This document shows positions 46,009 to 56,332 of a DNA stretch of 64,000 nt, piece by piece (position 1 is the stretch's first letter; the number at the start of each line of letters is the position of its first letter). Where the stretch lies: NCBI GenBank assembly GCA_958295925.1, contig CATQHL010000001.1, positions 1,249,753 through 1,313,752 on the forward strand, given 5' to 3'. Under the pieces are notes generated by a model. It searched no databases. It was not told where the DNA came from and was given only the letters and a program-made list of their open reading frames with translations. Source of the DNA: an uncultured Acidimicrobiales bacterium. GTDB taxonomy: Bacteria; Actinomycetota; Acidimicrobiia; Acidimicrobiales; CATQHL01. Both the position numbers and the translations under genes were made by a program.

Positions 46009-47360
46009 CGCAGAGCCGCCGCCTTCACAGCAAGGGTTTTTCGGACAGGAATGCGGGCCTCGAACTCGCTACGGAATCGTTCGAGCGCAGACGAGATAGG
46101 GGAGACCGCCGAGGGTCCCAGCGGACAGATGGTGGTCATGCGCGGAGGCCAGCGCAGGCCCGGGCTGATGTTCTCGCATATGTCCGCCAGCATGTCGAGG
46201 TCGCTGCGGCTGCCTCTTCCGGCAAGGATGCGCTCGAGCACCTGCTCCAGCCAAGTGGTGCCCTCGCGGCAAGGCGTGCACTTCCCGCAGGATTCGCGGG
46301 CAAAGAAGCGCACCAGGTTGTGGCACGCCCGGGGGATGTCGGTGGTCTCGTCCATCACCACGATCGCCCCGGAGCCCAGCATCGACCCCGCTGCGTCCAC
46401 TTTCGCCTTGTCCAGTGGCAGGTCGAGGTGCTCGGGGAAGAACCACGGAGCCGAGGCGCCGCCGGGGATGAACGCCTTGAGCGGCGCCTCTCCCATCATC
46501 CCTCCGGCGTACCGGTCGTCGTAGATGATCTCCCGAAACGTCGTCACCCCGAACGGAACCTCAAACACCCCTGGGTTGCGGACGTGGCCCGACACGGCGA
46601 AGACCCTGGTGCCGGCAGAGGGGGGCGCCCCCCGGGCCGCAAAAGCCTCGGCGCCGTGTGTGACGATAAAGGGCAGATTGGAGAGGGTCTCCACATTGTT
46701 CACGATGGTGGGAAGCCCGTAGAGGCCAATGGCTGCCGGAAAGTAGGGGGGCTTGAGGCGGGGCATCCCCCTCTTCCCCTCAAGGCTCTCGATGAGGGCC
46801 GTCTCCTCGCCCACGATGTACGCGCCCGCACCCGGGTGCAGCACGATGTCGAGGCAGAAGTCGCTGCCGCAGATATCCCTTCCCACAAAGCCCGCTGCGT
46901 AGGCCTCGTTGAGGGCTGTGGCCAGGCGCTCCTGGGCCAGCGCCATCTCCCCGCGCACGTACAGGAAGCACTGCGAGGCGCCGACCGCGTAGGCGGCGAT
47001 AAGGCAGCCTTCGAGGAGCTGGTGCGGGTCGGTCTCCATCAGCAGGCGGTCCTTGTAGGTGCCAGGCTCGCTCTCGTCACCGTTCACCACCAGATAGCGC
47101 GGCCAGACGCCCGGAGGGCAGAAGCCCCACTTGACACCCGCCGGGAAGCCCGCCCCGCCGCGGCCGAGCAGGCTGGCCGCCTTGACCTCGGCAATCACGT
47201 CGGCGGGCGAGCGCCCCAGCGCCAAGCGGATGGCCTCGTATCCGCCACTGCGCAGATACCCCTCCAAGGTGTGCCCGTCGGGCGAGTGGCGGCGGGAGGT
47301 GACTATTAAGTCCTCCAGGCCCTCGGCCGGGGTGGGCTTCCTGCGTTCAAAGCGGGCCAT
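46005..47360 (-). CDS. nuoF: NADH-quinone oxidoreductase subunit F
   Basis: 451 aa; contains LLGRGGAGFPAGVKW (the NADH/FMN site) and ESCGKCTPCREG (cluster N3). Confidence 0.9.
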   Translation of the reverse strand: MARFERRKPTPAEGLEDLIVTSRRHSPDGHTLEGYLRSGGYEAIRLALGRSPADVIAEVKAASLLGRGGAGFPAGVKWGFCPPGVWPRYLVVNGDESEPGTYKDRLLMETDPHQLLEGCLIAAYAVGASQCFLYVRGEMALAQERLATALNEAYAAGFVGRDICGSDFCLDIVLHPGAGAYIVGEETALIESLEGKRGMPRLKPPYFPAAIGLYGLPTIVNNVETLSNLPFIVTHGAEAFAARGAPPSAGTRVFAVSGHVRNPGVFEVPFGVTTFREIIYDDRYAGGMMGEAPLKAFIPGGASAPWFFPEHLDLPLDKAKVDAAGSMLGSGAIVVMDETTDIPRACHNLVRFFARESCGKCTPCREGTTWLEQVLERILAGRGSRSDLDMLADICENISPGLRWPPRMTTICPLGPSAVSPISSALERFRSEFEARIPVRKTLAVKAAALR

Positions 47361-47989
47361 CAGCCCGCTTCTTTTCCAGTTTCACGCTCCTGCCGGCGCT
47401 CCCACCAGGCGGGCGGGCCGGAGTCCTCGGGCATGGAAGGCCCGGCCAAGCGATCGGGTGACGGGGACTGCAGCACGGTCGAGAGCACCCCGTGGGGAGG
47501 CAACTCAGCGAGACGCCCGGCCTCCAGGCCGTCTATAAGCTCGTCGAGTTCGGATGCGCCGAGCGGCCCGAAGTAGCGATAGTTCACCTGAGCGCACGGC
47601 GCCTCGGTGCACGCAGCGACGCACTCCACGGCCTCCAGCGAAACAGGACAGTGGGGCGCTGTACCCCCCAGGGGGATGCCCAGCCGCTCCGTCGCCCTTT
47701 CTATGAGATCGTCGGCGCCTCGCAGGAAGCAGCTGATGCCCCGGCAGATGTTCAGCTGATAGGCGCCTGGGCGGGAACGCTTGAACATCTCGTAGAAGGA
47801 GCAGGTGCTCAGCACCTCCGAGGGGGTGGTCCCTACCAACTCGGCCACGTGCCTCATTGCGTCTGAGCTCACGTAGCCATCCTGCGCCTGGGCAATGTGA
47901 AGGACGGGAATGAGCGCCGAGCGTGGCCTTGGGTAGCGCCCGATGATCTCAAGGGCCAGTCTCACGTTCGCCTCGCTGAGCCTCGCCAT
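47360..47989 (-). CDS. nuoE: NADH-quinone oxidoreductase subunit E
   Basis: 209 aa with thioredoxin-like [2Fe-2S] Cys (CRGISCFLRG ... CVAACTEAPC). Confidence 0.9.
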   Translation of the reverse strand: MARLSEANVRLALEIIGRYPRPRSALIPVLHIAQAQDGYVSSDAMRHVAELVGTTPSEVLSTCSFYEMFKRSRPGAYQLNICRGISCFLRGADDLIERATERLGIPLGGTAPHCPVSLEAVECVAACTEAPCAQVNYRYFGPLGASELDELIDGLEAGRLAELPPHGVLSTVLQSPSPDRLAGPSMPEDSGPPAWWERRQERETGKEAG

Positions 47990-49239
47990 CAGCGGTCCAC
48001 CTCCCCCATGATCGGATCAACCGAGGAAATTATGGCCACTGCGTCGGCGATGAGGCGCCCCTCCATCATGTAGGGCAGCGTCTGCAGGTTCCAGAAACTG
48101 GGCGCCCTTATGTGCATGCGCAGCGGCTTGGGGCCGCCATCGCTAACCAGGTAGCAGCCCAGTTCCCCGCGCGGCGACTCCACGGCGGCGTAGACCTCAC
48201 CCGGGGGGACCTTGAAGCCCTCCGTGAAGATCTTGAAATGGTGGATCAGAGCCTCCATCGACTCGTCGATGCGGCCCCTCGGCGGCGGGGTGACCTTCTT
48301 GTCCTGCACCCGGTAGTCGCCAGAGGGCATGCGGTCGAGTATCTGCCGCACCAGCGAAATGGACTCCCTTATCTCGTTAAGGCGGATGGCGTAACGATCG
48401 AAGCAGTCGCCGTACCTGCCACAGATCACGTTGAGCTCCAGCTGGTCGTAGTCGAGATACGGGACGTGGCGGCGCAAGTCCCAGGAATAGCCGGTGCTGC
48501 GCAGAATTGGACCGGTCACCCCCAGCGCCAAGCACTCCTCGGCGGTAATGACCCCCACCCCCTCAAGGCGCTCCCGCCAGATGGGCTGCCCTGTGAGCAG
48601 GTCGTCGTACTCCTCAATGCGGTGGGAGATCGTCTCCATGAGCACCAGGGTGTCGTCGCGCCATCCGTCGGGCAGATCGGCGGCAACCCCGCCTGGGCGG
48701 ATGTAGTTGTGGTTCATCCGCAGGCCGGTGATCTTCTCGAGCAGGCGCAGCGTCTCCTCCCTCTCCCTCCAGCCGTAGAGCATCATCGAGACCGCCCCTA
48801 TGTCCATGCCGTTGGTGGCCTGGAAAAGCAGGTGCGAACTGATGCGGTTGATCTCACAGACCAGCATTCGAATCCAGCGCGCCCTGGCGGGCAACTCCAG
48901 GGAGAGCAGCGACTCTGTCGCCAGCGAGAAGGCCAGCTCGGTGAAGAGCGGGGCGGCGTAGTCCATGCGGGTCACGTTGGTGGGGCCTTGAAGGTAGGTG
49001 AGCGTCTCCCCCGTCTTTTCCATACCGGTGTGCAAGTAGCCGATGATGGGCTTGCAGCGCACGACTGTCTCCCCGTCGAGCTCCAGCAGGAGGCGCAGAA
49101 CCCCGTGCGTGGACGGGTGCTGCGGCCCCATGTTGATGATCATCCTGTTGGGGCCGGAAGGTTCAAGAGACTGCGCAGCGCCCTCGCTTACCCGGAACAC
49201 GGGGCCTGCGGCGCGTACGTAGGGGCGCGTCAGTGTCAT
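47989..49239 (-). CDS. nuoD: NADH-quinone oxidoreductase subunit D (operon 2)
   Basis: 416 aa; contains MIINMGPQHPSTHGVLRLLLELDGE. Confidence 0.9.
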   Translation of the reverse strand: MTLTRPYVRAAGPVFRVSEGAAQSLEPSGPNRMIINMGPQHPSTHGVLRLLLELDGETVVRCKPIIGYLHTGMEKTGETLTYLQGPTNVTRMDYAAPLFTELAFSLATESLLSLELPARARWIRMLVCEINRISSHLLFQATNGMDIGAVSMMLYGWREREETLRLLEKITGLRMNHNYIRPGGVAADLPDGWRDDTLVLMETISHRIEEYDDLLTGQPIWRERLEGVGVITAEECLALGVTGPILRSTGYSWDLRRHVPYLDYDQLELNVICGRYGDCFDRYAIRLNEIRESISLVRQILDRMPSGDYRVQDKKVTPPPRGRIDESMEALIHHFKIFTEGFKVPPGEVYAAVESPRGELGCYLVSDGGPKPLRMHIRAPSFWNLQTLPYMMEGRLIADAVAIISSVDPIMGEVDR

Positions 49240-49757
49240 CGCACGTCAGGGACGGCCTTGAAACGCACCGGCACCGTGCCAACGCCGTAGTCCTTTCGCA
49301 GGGGGTGGCCTTCCCATTCCTCGGGCATGAGGATGCGAGTCGGGTCGGGATGGCCGTCGAAGCTGATCCCGAAAAGGTCGTAGACCTCACGCTCGGCGGC
49401 CTCCGTGCCTGGAAAGAGGTCAAACAGCGACGGCAAGGTCGCATCGCCGTCGGGAACCTGCACCCTCAGCCGTAGTCGGCGCCGGTTTGAGTGCGACAGG
49501 AATACGTAGGTCACCTCGAAACGCTCCGGTTTCACCCCAGGGGGAATCTCTGGGCGGGTGGCGGCGGCCAGATAGTCCACCCCGCAGACGTCCAGGCACA
49601 TTAGATAGCCATCTGAGACGAGGCCTTTGGCCACCCCGGTCAGCTCGGACGGGCGCAGGTGCAAGACCAGCGCGCGGGCTGCGTCCAAAACGGCGGGCAC
49701 GCCATAGGCGGTTGCTTCGCCAGCCTGGCCTGAGGAGTCCTCCAACTCTGCGATCAT
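49236..49757 (-). CDS. nuoC: NADH-quinone oxidoreductase subunit C (operon 2)
   Basis: Track ORF 49236..50258 trimmed to ATG 49757 (residue 168, MIAELEDSS...), which forms an ATGA overlap with the nuoB stop. Contains [37 protein letters not shown]. Confidence 0.85.
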   Translation of the reverse strand: MIAELEDSSGQAGEATAYGVPAVLDAARALVLHLRPSELTGVAKGLVSDGYLMCLDVCGVDYLAAATRPEIPPGVKPERFEVTYVFLSHSNRRRLRLRVQVPDGDATLPSLFDLFPGTEAAEREVYDLFGISFDGHPDPTRILMPEEWEGHPLRKDYGVGTVPVRFKAVPDVR

Positions 49758-50347
49758 GCGCCCCTGCGGGCGGAAATCACCATTCGGGTGGCGGTCTGCC
49801 CGTCCCTTTGCTCCACCGCTATGCCCGCCCCAGGGCCTTTCCCCCTTCTTCTGGTGATCTCGCCGGAGCGGATCAGGTCGTGCAGGCTCAAGATGGCGTG
49901 AAGCAGGGTTTCCGGCCCTGGTGGGCAGCCAGGGGCGTAGACGTCCACCGGGACTATCTGATCCACACCCTGGACGATGGCGTAATTGTTGAACATCCCG
50001 CCTGAGGAGGCGCAGACGCCCATGGAGATGACCCACTTCGGGGCCATCATCTGGTCGTAGATGTGACGCAGCACCGGGGCCATCTTCTGGGAGACACGCC
50101 CTGCCACGATCATGAGGTCGGCCTGTCGGGGTGACGCCCTGAACACCTCCATCCCGTATCGGGCGATGTCGTAGTGGGAACCTCCAGTAGCCATCATCTC
50201 GATGGCGCAACAAGCCAGCCCGAACGTCGCCGGCCAGCAGCTTTGGGCGCGAGACCACTTCACCAGTTCCTCCAGCCTCCCGGTGGCAAAGTTGTGGGGA
50301 AGCTCACCAAGACCTCCCCAGGCCCGGCCCAGCTCGGGGGCACTCAT
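49754..50347 (-). CDS. nuoB: NADH-quinone oxidoreductase subunit B (operon 2)
   Basis: 197 aa; contains [19 protein letters not shown] and PGCPPGPE. Confidence 0.9.
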   Translation of the reverse strand: MSAPELGRAWGGLGELPHNFATGRLEELVKWSRAQSCWPATFGLACCAIEMMATGGSHYDIARYGMEVFRASPRQADLMIVAGRVSQKMAPVLRHIYDQMMAPKWVISMGVCASSGGMFNNYAIVQGVDQIVPVDVYAPGCPPGPETLLHAILSLHDLIRSGEITRRRGKGPGAGIAVEQRDGQTATRMVISARRGA

Positions 50348-50868
50348 GGTCGCCCTGCAGATGTGGAGGATTCCTGGGTGGCAGCGCTGGAGGGCGCTCC
50401 GCTCAAGTTTTCAGCCGCCTCAGCGATCATCCCTGGCTCGCCGCGCTCAGGCCCGAGCCGCACGACGGCTGACGTCGCTCTGCGCTGCGCGCCGCCAGGC
50501 TGCTCGTCTCCCCTCGGACCCCATTCCAGCGCCCCTTTTCCTATGAGATAGACGAAGGACTCGAACACGGCGAAAGAGAAGATCAGGATCGCAACCAGCC
50601 CGAACAGCCCGAGCGAGCCGTGGGCCACCGCCCAGGGATAGAGAAATACGATCTCCACGTCAAAGACGATGAAGAGCATCGCCACAAGGAAAAAGCGCAC
50701 CGGAAAGCGCTCAGGGGCGGAACGACCTGGGACTATTCCGCATTCGTAGGGGAGGTTCTTGGCACGAGTGGCGCGGCGGGGCGCCAACAGCCGCGAGGCG
50801 GCCAGGCTGAGCGCGCAGAAGACAACCGCCAACACCCCGAGGGCAAATACCGGCAGATACTGACCCAT
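50344..50868 (-). CDS. nuoA: NADH-quinone oxidoreductase subunit A (operon 2), with a ~50-aa C-terminal extension
   Basis: 174 aa; contains YECGIVPG and [12 protein letters not shown], followed by a hydrophilic tail. Confidence 0.9.
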   Translation of the reverse strand: MGQYLPVFALGVLAVVFCALSLAASRLLAPRRATRAKNLPYECGIVPGRSAPERFPVRFFLVAMLFIVFDVEIVFLYPWAVAHGSLGLFGLVAILIFSFAVFESFVYLIGKGALEWGPRGDEQPGGAQRRATSAVVRLGPERGEPGMIAEAAENLSGAPSSAATQESSTSAGRP

Positions 50869-50888
50869 GCGCCGGCTAGCTGCCGTTC

Positions 50889-52100
50889 CTACGCCGGGAC
50901 TGCTTCGTAAGCCTCCCTCTCCCGACGGACTCTTAGGTCGCGCCAGTGGAGGCTGAGGATCAGCGCCGTGAAGATGATCGCCGATCCGATGGCAACCAGG
51001 GCGGGCACAAGCCGCAGGTTGCCGAGGTTGCGAATCATGACGATGGAGACGGTCTCCGCCTCGTAGTCGAGCTCGGCCGATGGCGGGGCCTCACCCAGAA
51101 GCTGAGCCTTGGGGATCGCCGGTCGGGCCTGAACCACCGCGTACTGGGCGGGATGATTGAGGCGGGCGGAGTTGGCGATCTTGTTGCCCACCCTCGCCCA
51201 GGTTCCGTCGTTGGCGGGTAGCGGCTTGCCGCCGCGCCCGAATGCGTCCACGAACACGTAGGCAGGGGTGGCCGACGGGGCCTCACCGTCGGGGGTGATC
51301 ACCGTGGTCGGCACCTCGGCGAAGACCCCCCGCTCTTCGATGAACGCTCCCGCCGACGCCGTGGCCTCACCTGACTCCGCAGTGGAGAGCAGATCCCATC
51401 CCCCCAGTTCCAGGTATCCCTCGTCTTCGGCCCACTCGATAACCTGCGGGGCCGCTGCAGCGAGGGCGCTCAGCGACATCTTGTCTATCCGGGCCTCACG
51501 CCGCGCCACCTCCGAAGCAACGGCCTCTGAAAGCTGGTCCTCGTTGCGCCGGCGCGGATCGTCCATACCCAGGAGTTTGTTTCGCTCGCTCAGCGTGGTG
51601 CGGATTTCGCCTGCGTCCACCGAAGCCATCTCTTCCAGCAGAGCCACACGGTCGGACCCCGGGTATTCCATCAGCAGGGAGACGGCTCGAGGCATGCAAC
51701 CCGCTGCGGGCTCCTCGAACTCCCAGCCCGTCTTGGCCGGGGGGAAGATGACGCTGTTGTCGCAGTTTGGATCAGGAAGGTCTCCCACGAACTCGACGTA
51801 TGCCTCCTCTATACCCGCAGCCTCGGCCCCAGCCTGGTCGGCGAAGGCGGCCTCGTACTCCCAGACGGGGGAGTCGCCCGTGTAGCCGATGCCCTGCAGC
51901 CACCAGACAAACGCCATGATCGTGAACCAGCCGAAGAGGCCTGCCAGGGCGATGAGGGATCCCAGTCGTATCCCCGTGTTGGTGATCAGGAGCAGCCAGA
52001 CCGTCCCGACCAGGAGCGCTCCGGCCAGCGCCACCGTGAGGAATCCGCGTATCTCCGGATCCCACCCGATTCCGGCAAGAAGCCCCACTCCCCCCATCAC
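50889..52100 (-). CDS. hypothetical integral membrane protein linking the bc-type cluster to nuoA
   Basis: 403 aa with 2-3 N-terminal TM helices and one C-terminal TM around a ~280-aa hydrophilic acidic domain. No motif was recognised. There is a 20-nt gap to nuoA and a 4-nt overlap with the cytochrome c gene. Confidence 0.6.
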   Translation of the reverse strand: MMGGVGLLAGIGWDPEIRGFLTVALAGALLVGTVWLLLITNTGIRLGSLIALAGLFGWFTIMAFVWWLQGIGYTGDSPVWEYEAAFADQAGAEAAGIEEAYVEFVGDLPDPNCDNSVIFPPAKTGWEFEEPAAGCMPRAVSLLMEYPGSDRVALLEEMASVDAGEIRTTLSERNKLLGMDDPRRRNEDQLSEAVASEVARREARIDKMSLSALAAAAPQVIEWAEDEGYLELGGWDLLSTAESGEATASAGAFIEERGVFAEVPTTVITPDGEAPSATPAYVFVDAFGRGGKPLPANDGTWARVGNKIANSARLNHPAQYAVVQARPAIPKAQLLGEAPPSAELDYEAETVSIVMIRNLGNLRLVPALVAIGSAIIFTALILSLHWRDLRVRREREAYEAVPA

Positions 52101-53302
52101 AGGTTCCGTTCGTAGGCCACGATGGCTGATATCTGCTCGTCCGTGAGCAAGCCGGCGCGCTCACCGCAGAAGTCGTTTCGCTTGATGCGGTCGCGCTCCG
52201 ATGCGTCACGGTCGCCCACGCATTCGCCGAACGACGGCATCTGACCGCCGCCGTCACCCTGCCCAAAGCTTCCGTACTTCACTCCGTTCTCGCTCCCGCT
52301 GGAAACAAAGTCCTCGTGCTCGGCCACAGTTGTGAACTGACGCAGCGTGGCGCCGTTGGCCAAGGGTGGACCAAACGCACCGCCGCCGGAAACCTCTGAA
52401 GGAATGAGGGGATTCGCCTCCGCGTAGTCGTCGGCGTCGTACACCCAGCCTGGGGTGTGGCAGCGTGCGCAGCCAAACACCCCGCCTTCGTATTCGTTGT
52501 TGAAGAGCATCTCCCCAAGTCGAGCGGGATCGTCGGAAGCCCCCGACAGGATGTCCCGCGCAAGATCATCCACCTCCTGCGCGGACGCCTCAGCGCCGAG
52601 TTGATCGCGAGCCTGGCCTCGCGCCTGGGACTCCAGGCCGTCCTGCAGCCTCTGGCGAACCTCGGCTATGTCTATCTGCTCGTGCTCTATGTAGGCCAGG
52701 ATCTCGTCGATCTGCTGGGTGCTGAAAGGCCCGCCGCCCGGGGATCCCCAGGCGGGCATGGGGGTGTTGGGGCGTCCGAAGTCAAGGACATAGCGAACTT
52801 CCTCTGAGGAGTAGCGGTAGAGCACGGCGGCCAGCGATGGCACCTTCCAGCTCACCTGGGCGAGAAATGCGCCGTTCTCGTCCACCAGCGTGTGGTCGCG
52901 GAAACCGCCCGGCCCGTCCACAGTGCCGTGGCATGTTGCACAGCGCTCCTCGTAGAGCTCCTCCCCCCGGTGAACGGCGGTCTCGTCGCTGAGTTCAATC
53001 AGCCCTTCCTGGCGGCCCGGCTCGCCCAGCCAGTAGAGAGGCAGGCCAATGCTGATTATCACGATGCAGACCAGACCCGCGCCCAGGCTTTTGTCGAGCT
53101 TCTTCCCCTCCAGTTCCTCGTCGGCCAGATACGGACGACGGTTCAGCGCCAGCTCTGCTTCAGACCCTGCCTCTCTGCGCCCTGACAACCAGTTGAAAAT
53201 CCAGTAGCTGATAAACCCGCCGATGGCCACGGCGGCCAGCACCACGCCAATCGTGCGCTGCGTGGATGCTGCGAACACAACCCCGGTCAAGTTCTCATCC
53301 AC
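52097..53302 (-). CDS. qcrC: membrane-anchored dihaem cytochrome c (QcrC-like)
   Basis: 401 aa with an N-terminal TM helix and two CxxCH motifs (CATCHG and CARCHT). Confidence 0.75.
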   Translation of the reverse strand: MDENLTGVVFAASTQRTIGVVLAAVAIGGFISYWIFNWLSGRREAGSEAELALNRRPYLADEELEGKKLDKSLGAGLVCIVIISIGLPLYWLGEPGRQEGLIELSDETAVHRGEELYEERCATCHGTVDGPGGFRDHTLVDENGAFLAQVSWKVPSLAAVLYRYSSEEVRYVLDFGRPNTPMPAWGSPGGGPFSTQQIDEILAYIEHEQIDIAEVRQRLQDGLESQARGQARDQLGAEASAQEVDDLARDILSGASDDPARLGEMLFNNEYEGGVFGCARCHTPGWVYDADDYAEANPLIPSEVSGGGAFGPPLANGATLRQFTTVAEHEDFVSSGSENGVKYGSFGQGDGGGQMPSFGECVGDRDASERDRIKRNDFCGERAGLLTDEQISAIVAYERNL

Positions 53303-53342
53303 CCGATGCGAATTACCTCTCCGTCACAACCGATTTGCGCGC

Positions 53343-54224
53343 CTACTCCGCCTGGCCGATGCAATTCGGCCCCTGGGCTTCCTGGCGGGTCGTATCGGTT
53401 CCTACGGGTCTGCCTGGAATGATCTTCCCGGTGTTCACCAGGAACTCGCCGCGTTCATTGACCGAGGTGGCGAAGTGGTCCATTCCCCTCGGAGCCGGCC
53501 CACCACGCTTTTCCCCCACCTGGTTGTACTTGGAGCCGTGGCAGGGGCACTCGAACCACTGTGAGCTGACGCAGGATGGAACCGTGCAGCCCAGGTGAGG
53601 GCACTTCCAGTAAAGGGCCACCAGGCCCGACTCCATGCCCCCCAGCACGTCCCGCGAATAGACCTCCCTCGCCTCGGGCAGGGCGCTCTCGGGATATTCG
53701 GTTATCCACATCCGGCCCTCGGGCACCTTCAAGAAGCCGTTCTCGCCTCGAACCTGTGTCTTGATCTCATCCACCTTGCCGGCGTTAACCACCGAGCCGA
53801 AGCCAGTCACGAACGGCGGCCAGAGGAACGCCAGCATGGACGCCCCGAAACCCGACAGCCCCAGGGTCATGAACCCCACGATGGAGCGGTTGAGGAACTG
53901 CCGGCGCGACACCCCGATGGCCTCCTCGTCGGGCTTCACCCAAGGCGCCTCCGCAGGGGGGGCGACGGCAGGGGGCTCGTCCGCAGCGCGGCGTGCAAGG
54001 ACTGCCGCCCTCTCAACCTCGCGGCCGCTGAGCGGCGCGCCCGTCGGGGAAGCCGCCTTTCGACTGCGGCGAGACGCCCCACGGGGACGCGACGCCCTCC
54101 GTGTGTCGCGCCGCTGGTAGACGGCAAGGATCAGAATGACCGCCGCTACGGTCAACAGCGGGATGACTATCGCCAGAACGATCATGGCGACGCCTGAAAC
54201 CCCTCCCCGCCAAGCAGTCGCCAA
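53343..54224 (-). CDS. qcrA: Rieske [2Fe-2S] subunit (QcrA-like)
   Basis: 293 aa. It has an N-terminal TM helix and a twin-arginine-like SRRQFLNRS followed by a second TM helix. The Rieske boxes are CPHLGC and CPCHGS. Confidence 0.85.
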   Translation of the reverse strand: MATAWRGGVSGVAMIVLAIVIPLLTVAAVILILAVYQRRDTRRASRPRGASRRSRKAASPTGAPLSGREVERAAVLARRAADEPPAVAPPAEAPWVKPDEEAIGVSRRQFLNRSIVGFMTLGLSGFGASMLAFLWPPFVTGFGSVVNAGKVDEIKTQVRGENGFLKVPEGRMWITEYPESALPEAREVYSRDVLGGMESGLVALYWKCPHLGCTVPSCVSSQWFECPCHGSKYNQVGEKRGGPAPRGMDHFATSVNERGEFLVNTGKIIPGRPVGTDTTRQEAQGPNCIGQAE

Positions 54225-54288
54225 AGCGGCCTGCGAGTGGAAGTCGGCGCGAGCATTCCAGCGAAGTGGGGCGGCGGGAGAGGCAACA

Positions 54289-55101
54289 TCAGAAGTCGAA
54301 GAACAGACCGGCTTGCCACGGGAAGATGAAGTTGAATCCCGGGCCTCTGAAGAACGACCCGATTATCACCAGGACGGCCCAAAACATGAGGTGGATGGTC
54401 ATCAGAGACACGGCGAATTTGCGCTTCTCAGGGGCATTTTCCTTGTTGCGGTCGATGTAAGGGGTGAGGATGAGCAGGAACAAGGCGATGCCTGGGATCG
54501 TCACTCCGGCGACCATCGGGTGAAACATCGTGAGCAGTTCCTGCAGCCCAAGGAAATACCAAGGGGCCTTGGAAGGATTCGGTGTCTCGTTCACGTTGGC
54601 CAGCTCCAGAAGCGGAGCGTTCACAAAAATCGAGAAGACCAGCAGGAAGGCGGTTACCAGTAGCGCCGCCACGAACTCCACAAGCAGGAGGTGGGGCCAC
54701 ACATGCACCTTGTCGGAGGGCTTGGCTTTGACGTCCTGTATGGATCCTGACTTGACCACGGTGAGAAGCCGCTGGGTGTGGCCCCCTGGGCCAGTGGGGG
54801 TGATCCCCGCCGGGGGCGGGGCTGCCGGGGGAGCAGGGGGCGGGGCGGCTGCCGGGGGCATCGCCTGTCGATCGGCGGCTGAACGGCTGCGGTCCAGCAG
54901 GTGGGGCGGAATCTTCCCTGATCCTGAGGCGGCCCCTGCGGGGGTTCCGGGGGCGGGGGAGACGACAGCCGGTGTTGGCGGCTGTTGAGAGGAAGCTGCT
55001 GGGGCTGCTGAGGCTGCCGGCTCTTGCCCGGAGGACTCCCGCTCCAGGCGCTCCCTGGCCTCTTTTGCCCGCTTTAGCAGGTACTCGGGAACTTCTACCA
55101 T
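54289..55101 (-). CDS. cytochrome b C-terminal domain / subunit IV-like protein with a Pro/Ala-rich N-terminal extension
   Basis: 270 aa. The core (HVWPHLLLVEF...NPSKAPWYFLGLQELL...) carries a PEWY-type (PWYF) Qo motif. The N-terminus MVEVPEYLLKRAKEARE is followed by about 100 aa of low complexity. Confidence 0.8.
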   Translation of the reverse strand: MVEVPEYLLKRAKEARERLERESSGQEPAASAAPAASSQQPPTPAVVSPAPGTPAGAASGSGKIPPHLLDRSRSAADRQAMPPAAAPPPAPPAAPPPAGITPTGPGGHTQRLLTVVKSGSIQDVKAKPSDKVHVWPHLLLVEFVAALLVTAFLLVFSIFVNAPLLELANVNETPNPSKAPWYFLGLQELLTMFHPMVAGVTIPGIALFLLILTPYIDRNKENAPEKRKFAVSLMTIHLMFWAVLVIIGSFFRGPGFNFIFPWQAGLFFDF

Positions 55102-55110
55102 CGTCTCCGC

Positions 55111-55878
55111 CTACAAAGGCCCGGAGATTCCGCCGTCTTTGCGCACCCGCCAGAAGTGGACGGCCAGAAAGATGATCAGCACAAACGGCAGCATCAGCAC
55201 ATGCAGCACATACCATCGCAGCAGAGTGTCGGTGCCAATCTCAGGCCCGCTCAGCAGCACAAAACGTACCTGATCGCCGAAGACAGGCGTGAAGCCCATC
55301 ATGTTGGTGCCCACCGTCACCGCCCAGAGAGCCAACTGGTCCCAGGGCAGAAGGTAGCCGGTGAAGGAAAGCAGGAGCGTGAGCGTCAGCAGAATGACGC
55401 CGACGACCCAGTTGAACTCCCGAGGTGGCTTGTACGCCCCGTGGTAGAAGACCCTGGCCATGTGCAGAAACACTGTCAAGACCATCAGATGCGCCCCCCA
55501 GCGGTGGATGTTGCGCACCAGCAGGCCGAAGGCCACCTCCGTCTGCATTATGTAGATGTCGTCCCAGGCCTGAACCGCCGTAGGACGATAAAAGAACATG
55601 AGAAAAATGCCCGTGATTGTTAGCAGGATGAACAGAAAGAAGCTCAGACCGCCCAGGCAGAGCGTGTAGCTCACCCGCACGCCGTGCCGGCGCACCTTCA
55701 CCGGGTGAAGGTGGTAGAGCACGCTGTTCATTATCACGTACGACCGGTTTCGCGGGCTGTCGGTGTAGCCCTTGCGGAAGATGGAACCTGGGCGGAAGAT
55801 GGAGTTCCACGCCTGCGAGCCCTTTACCCGCCCGCCAAGCTGTTTGAGGTCTTTGGTTGTTGGAATCTTTGGCGGCAC
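55111..55878 (-). CDS. cytochrome b6-like (N-terminal, haem-binding half of a split cytochrome b)
   Basis: 255 aa. The His pairs are in HRWGAHLMVLTVFLH and LHVLMLPFVLIIFLAVH. Also contains FTGYLLPWDQLALWA. Confidence 0.85.
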   Translation of the reverse strand: MPPKIPTTKDLKQLGGRVKGSQAWNSIFRPGSIFRKGYTDSPRNRSYVIMNSVLYHLHPVKVRRHGVRVSYTLCLGGLSFFLFILLTITGIFLMFFYRPTAVQAWDDIYIMQTEVAFGLLVRNIHRWGAHLMVLTVFLHMARVFYHGAYKPPREFNWVVGVILLTLTLLLSFTGYLLPWDQLALWAVTVGTNMMGFTPVFGDQVRFVLLSGPEIGTDTLLRWYVLHVLMLPFVLIIFLAVHFWRVRKDGGISGPL

Positions 55879-55915
55879 GGGTGTCTGTCAGTCTTTCTTC
55901 GCTTTGAGGTCCGGT

Positions 55916-56332
55916 TCAGGCAAGCCGCATGCCGTAGCCGTAGCCGTAGCTGGCCATCCGCTGATGAGTGTCGCCGCCCGGCGGCGCCTCCCCGACCTTT
56001 CCCATGATGATCACTCCCGTCGGGCAGCGGTCTACGCACAGCGCGCAACGAGTGCATACGTCGTCATCGATGGTAAAGATCACGTGGTCGGAGGGGTCGG
56101 CCCCTGGTCGCTCCGTTCCTATGGCCATGTCCACGGCGTCCGGCGTAACCATGTGAATGCACTTCCAGGGACAAATGTCTACGCACCCTTCGCACATGAT
56201 GCACTCAGACTGGTCAATGTGGATGAACTGCTTGGGCTTCACGGCTTTTGAGAGCCACCCTGCGTCAACCTCGGCTAGAACGTAGTCGTCCCGAAATTCG
56301 GGCATGGGGGGGTTTGCATCGGTGCGCGCCAT
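55916..56332 (-). CDS. 2x[4Fe-4S] ferredoxin-domain protein
   Basis: Track ORF 55916..56419 trimmed to ATG 56332 (residue 30, MARTDANPP...), which overlaps the upstream stop by 1 nt. Contains CIMCEGCVDICP and CTRCALCVDRCP. Confidence 0.8.
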   Translation of the reverse strand: MARTDANPPMPEFRDDYVLAEVDAGWLSKAVKPKQFIHIDQSECIMCEGCVDICPWKCIHMVTPDAVDMAIGTERPGADPSDHVIFTIDDDVCTRCALCVDRCPTGVIIMGKVGEAPPGGDTHQRMASYGYGYGMRLA

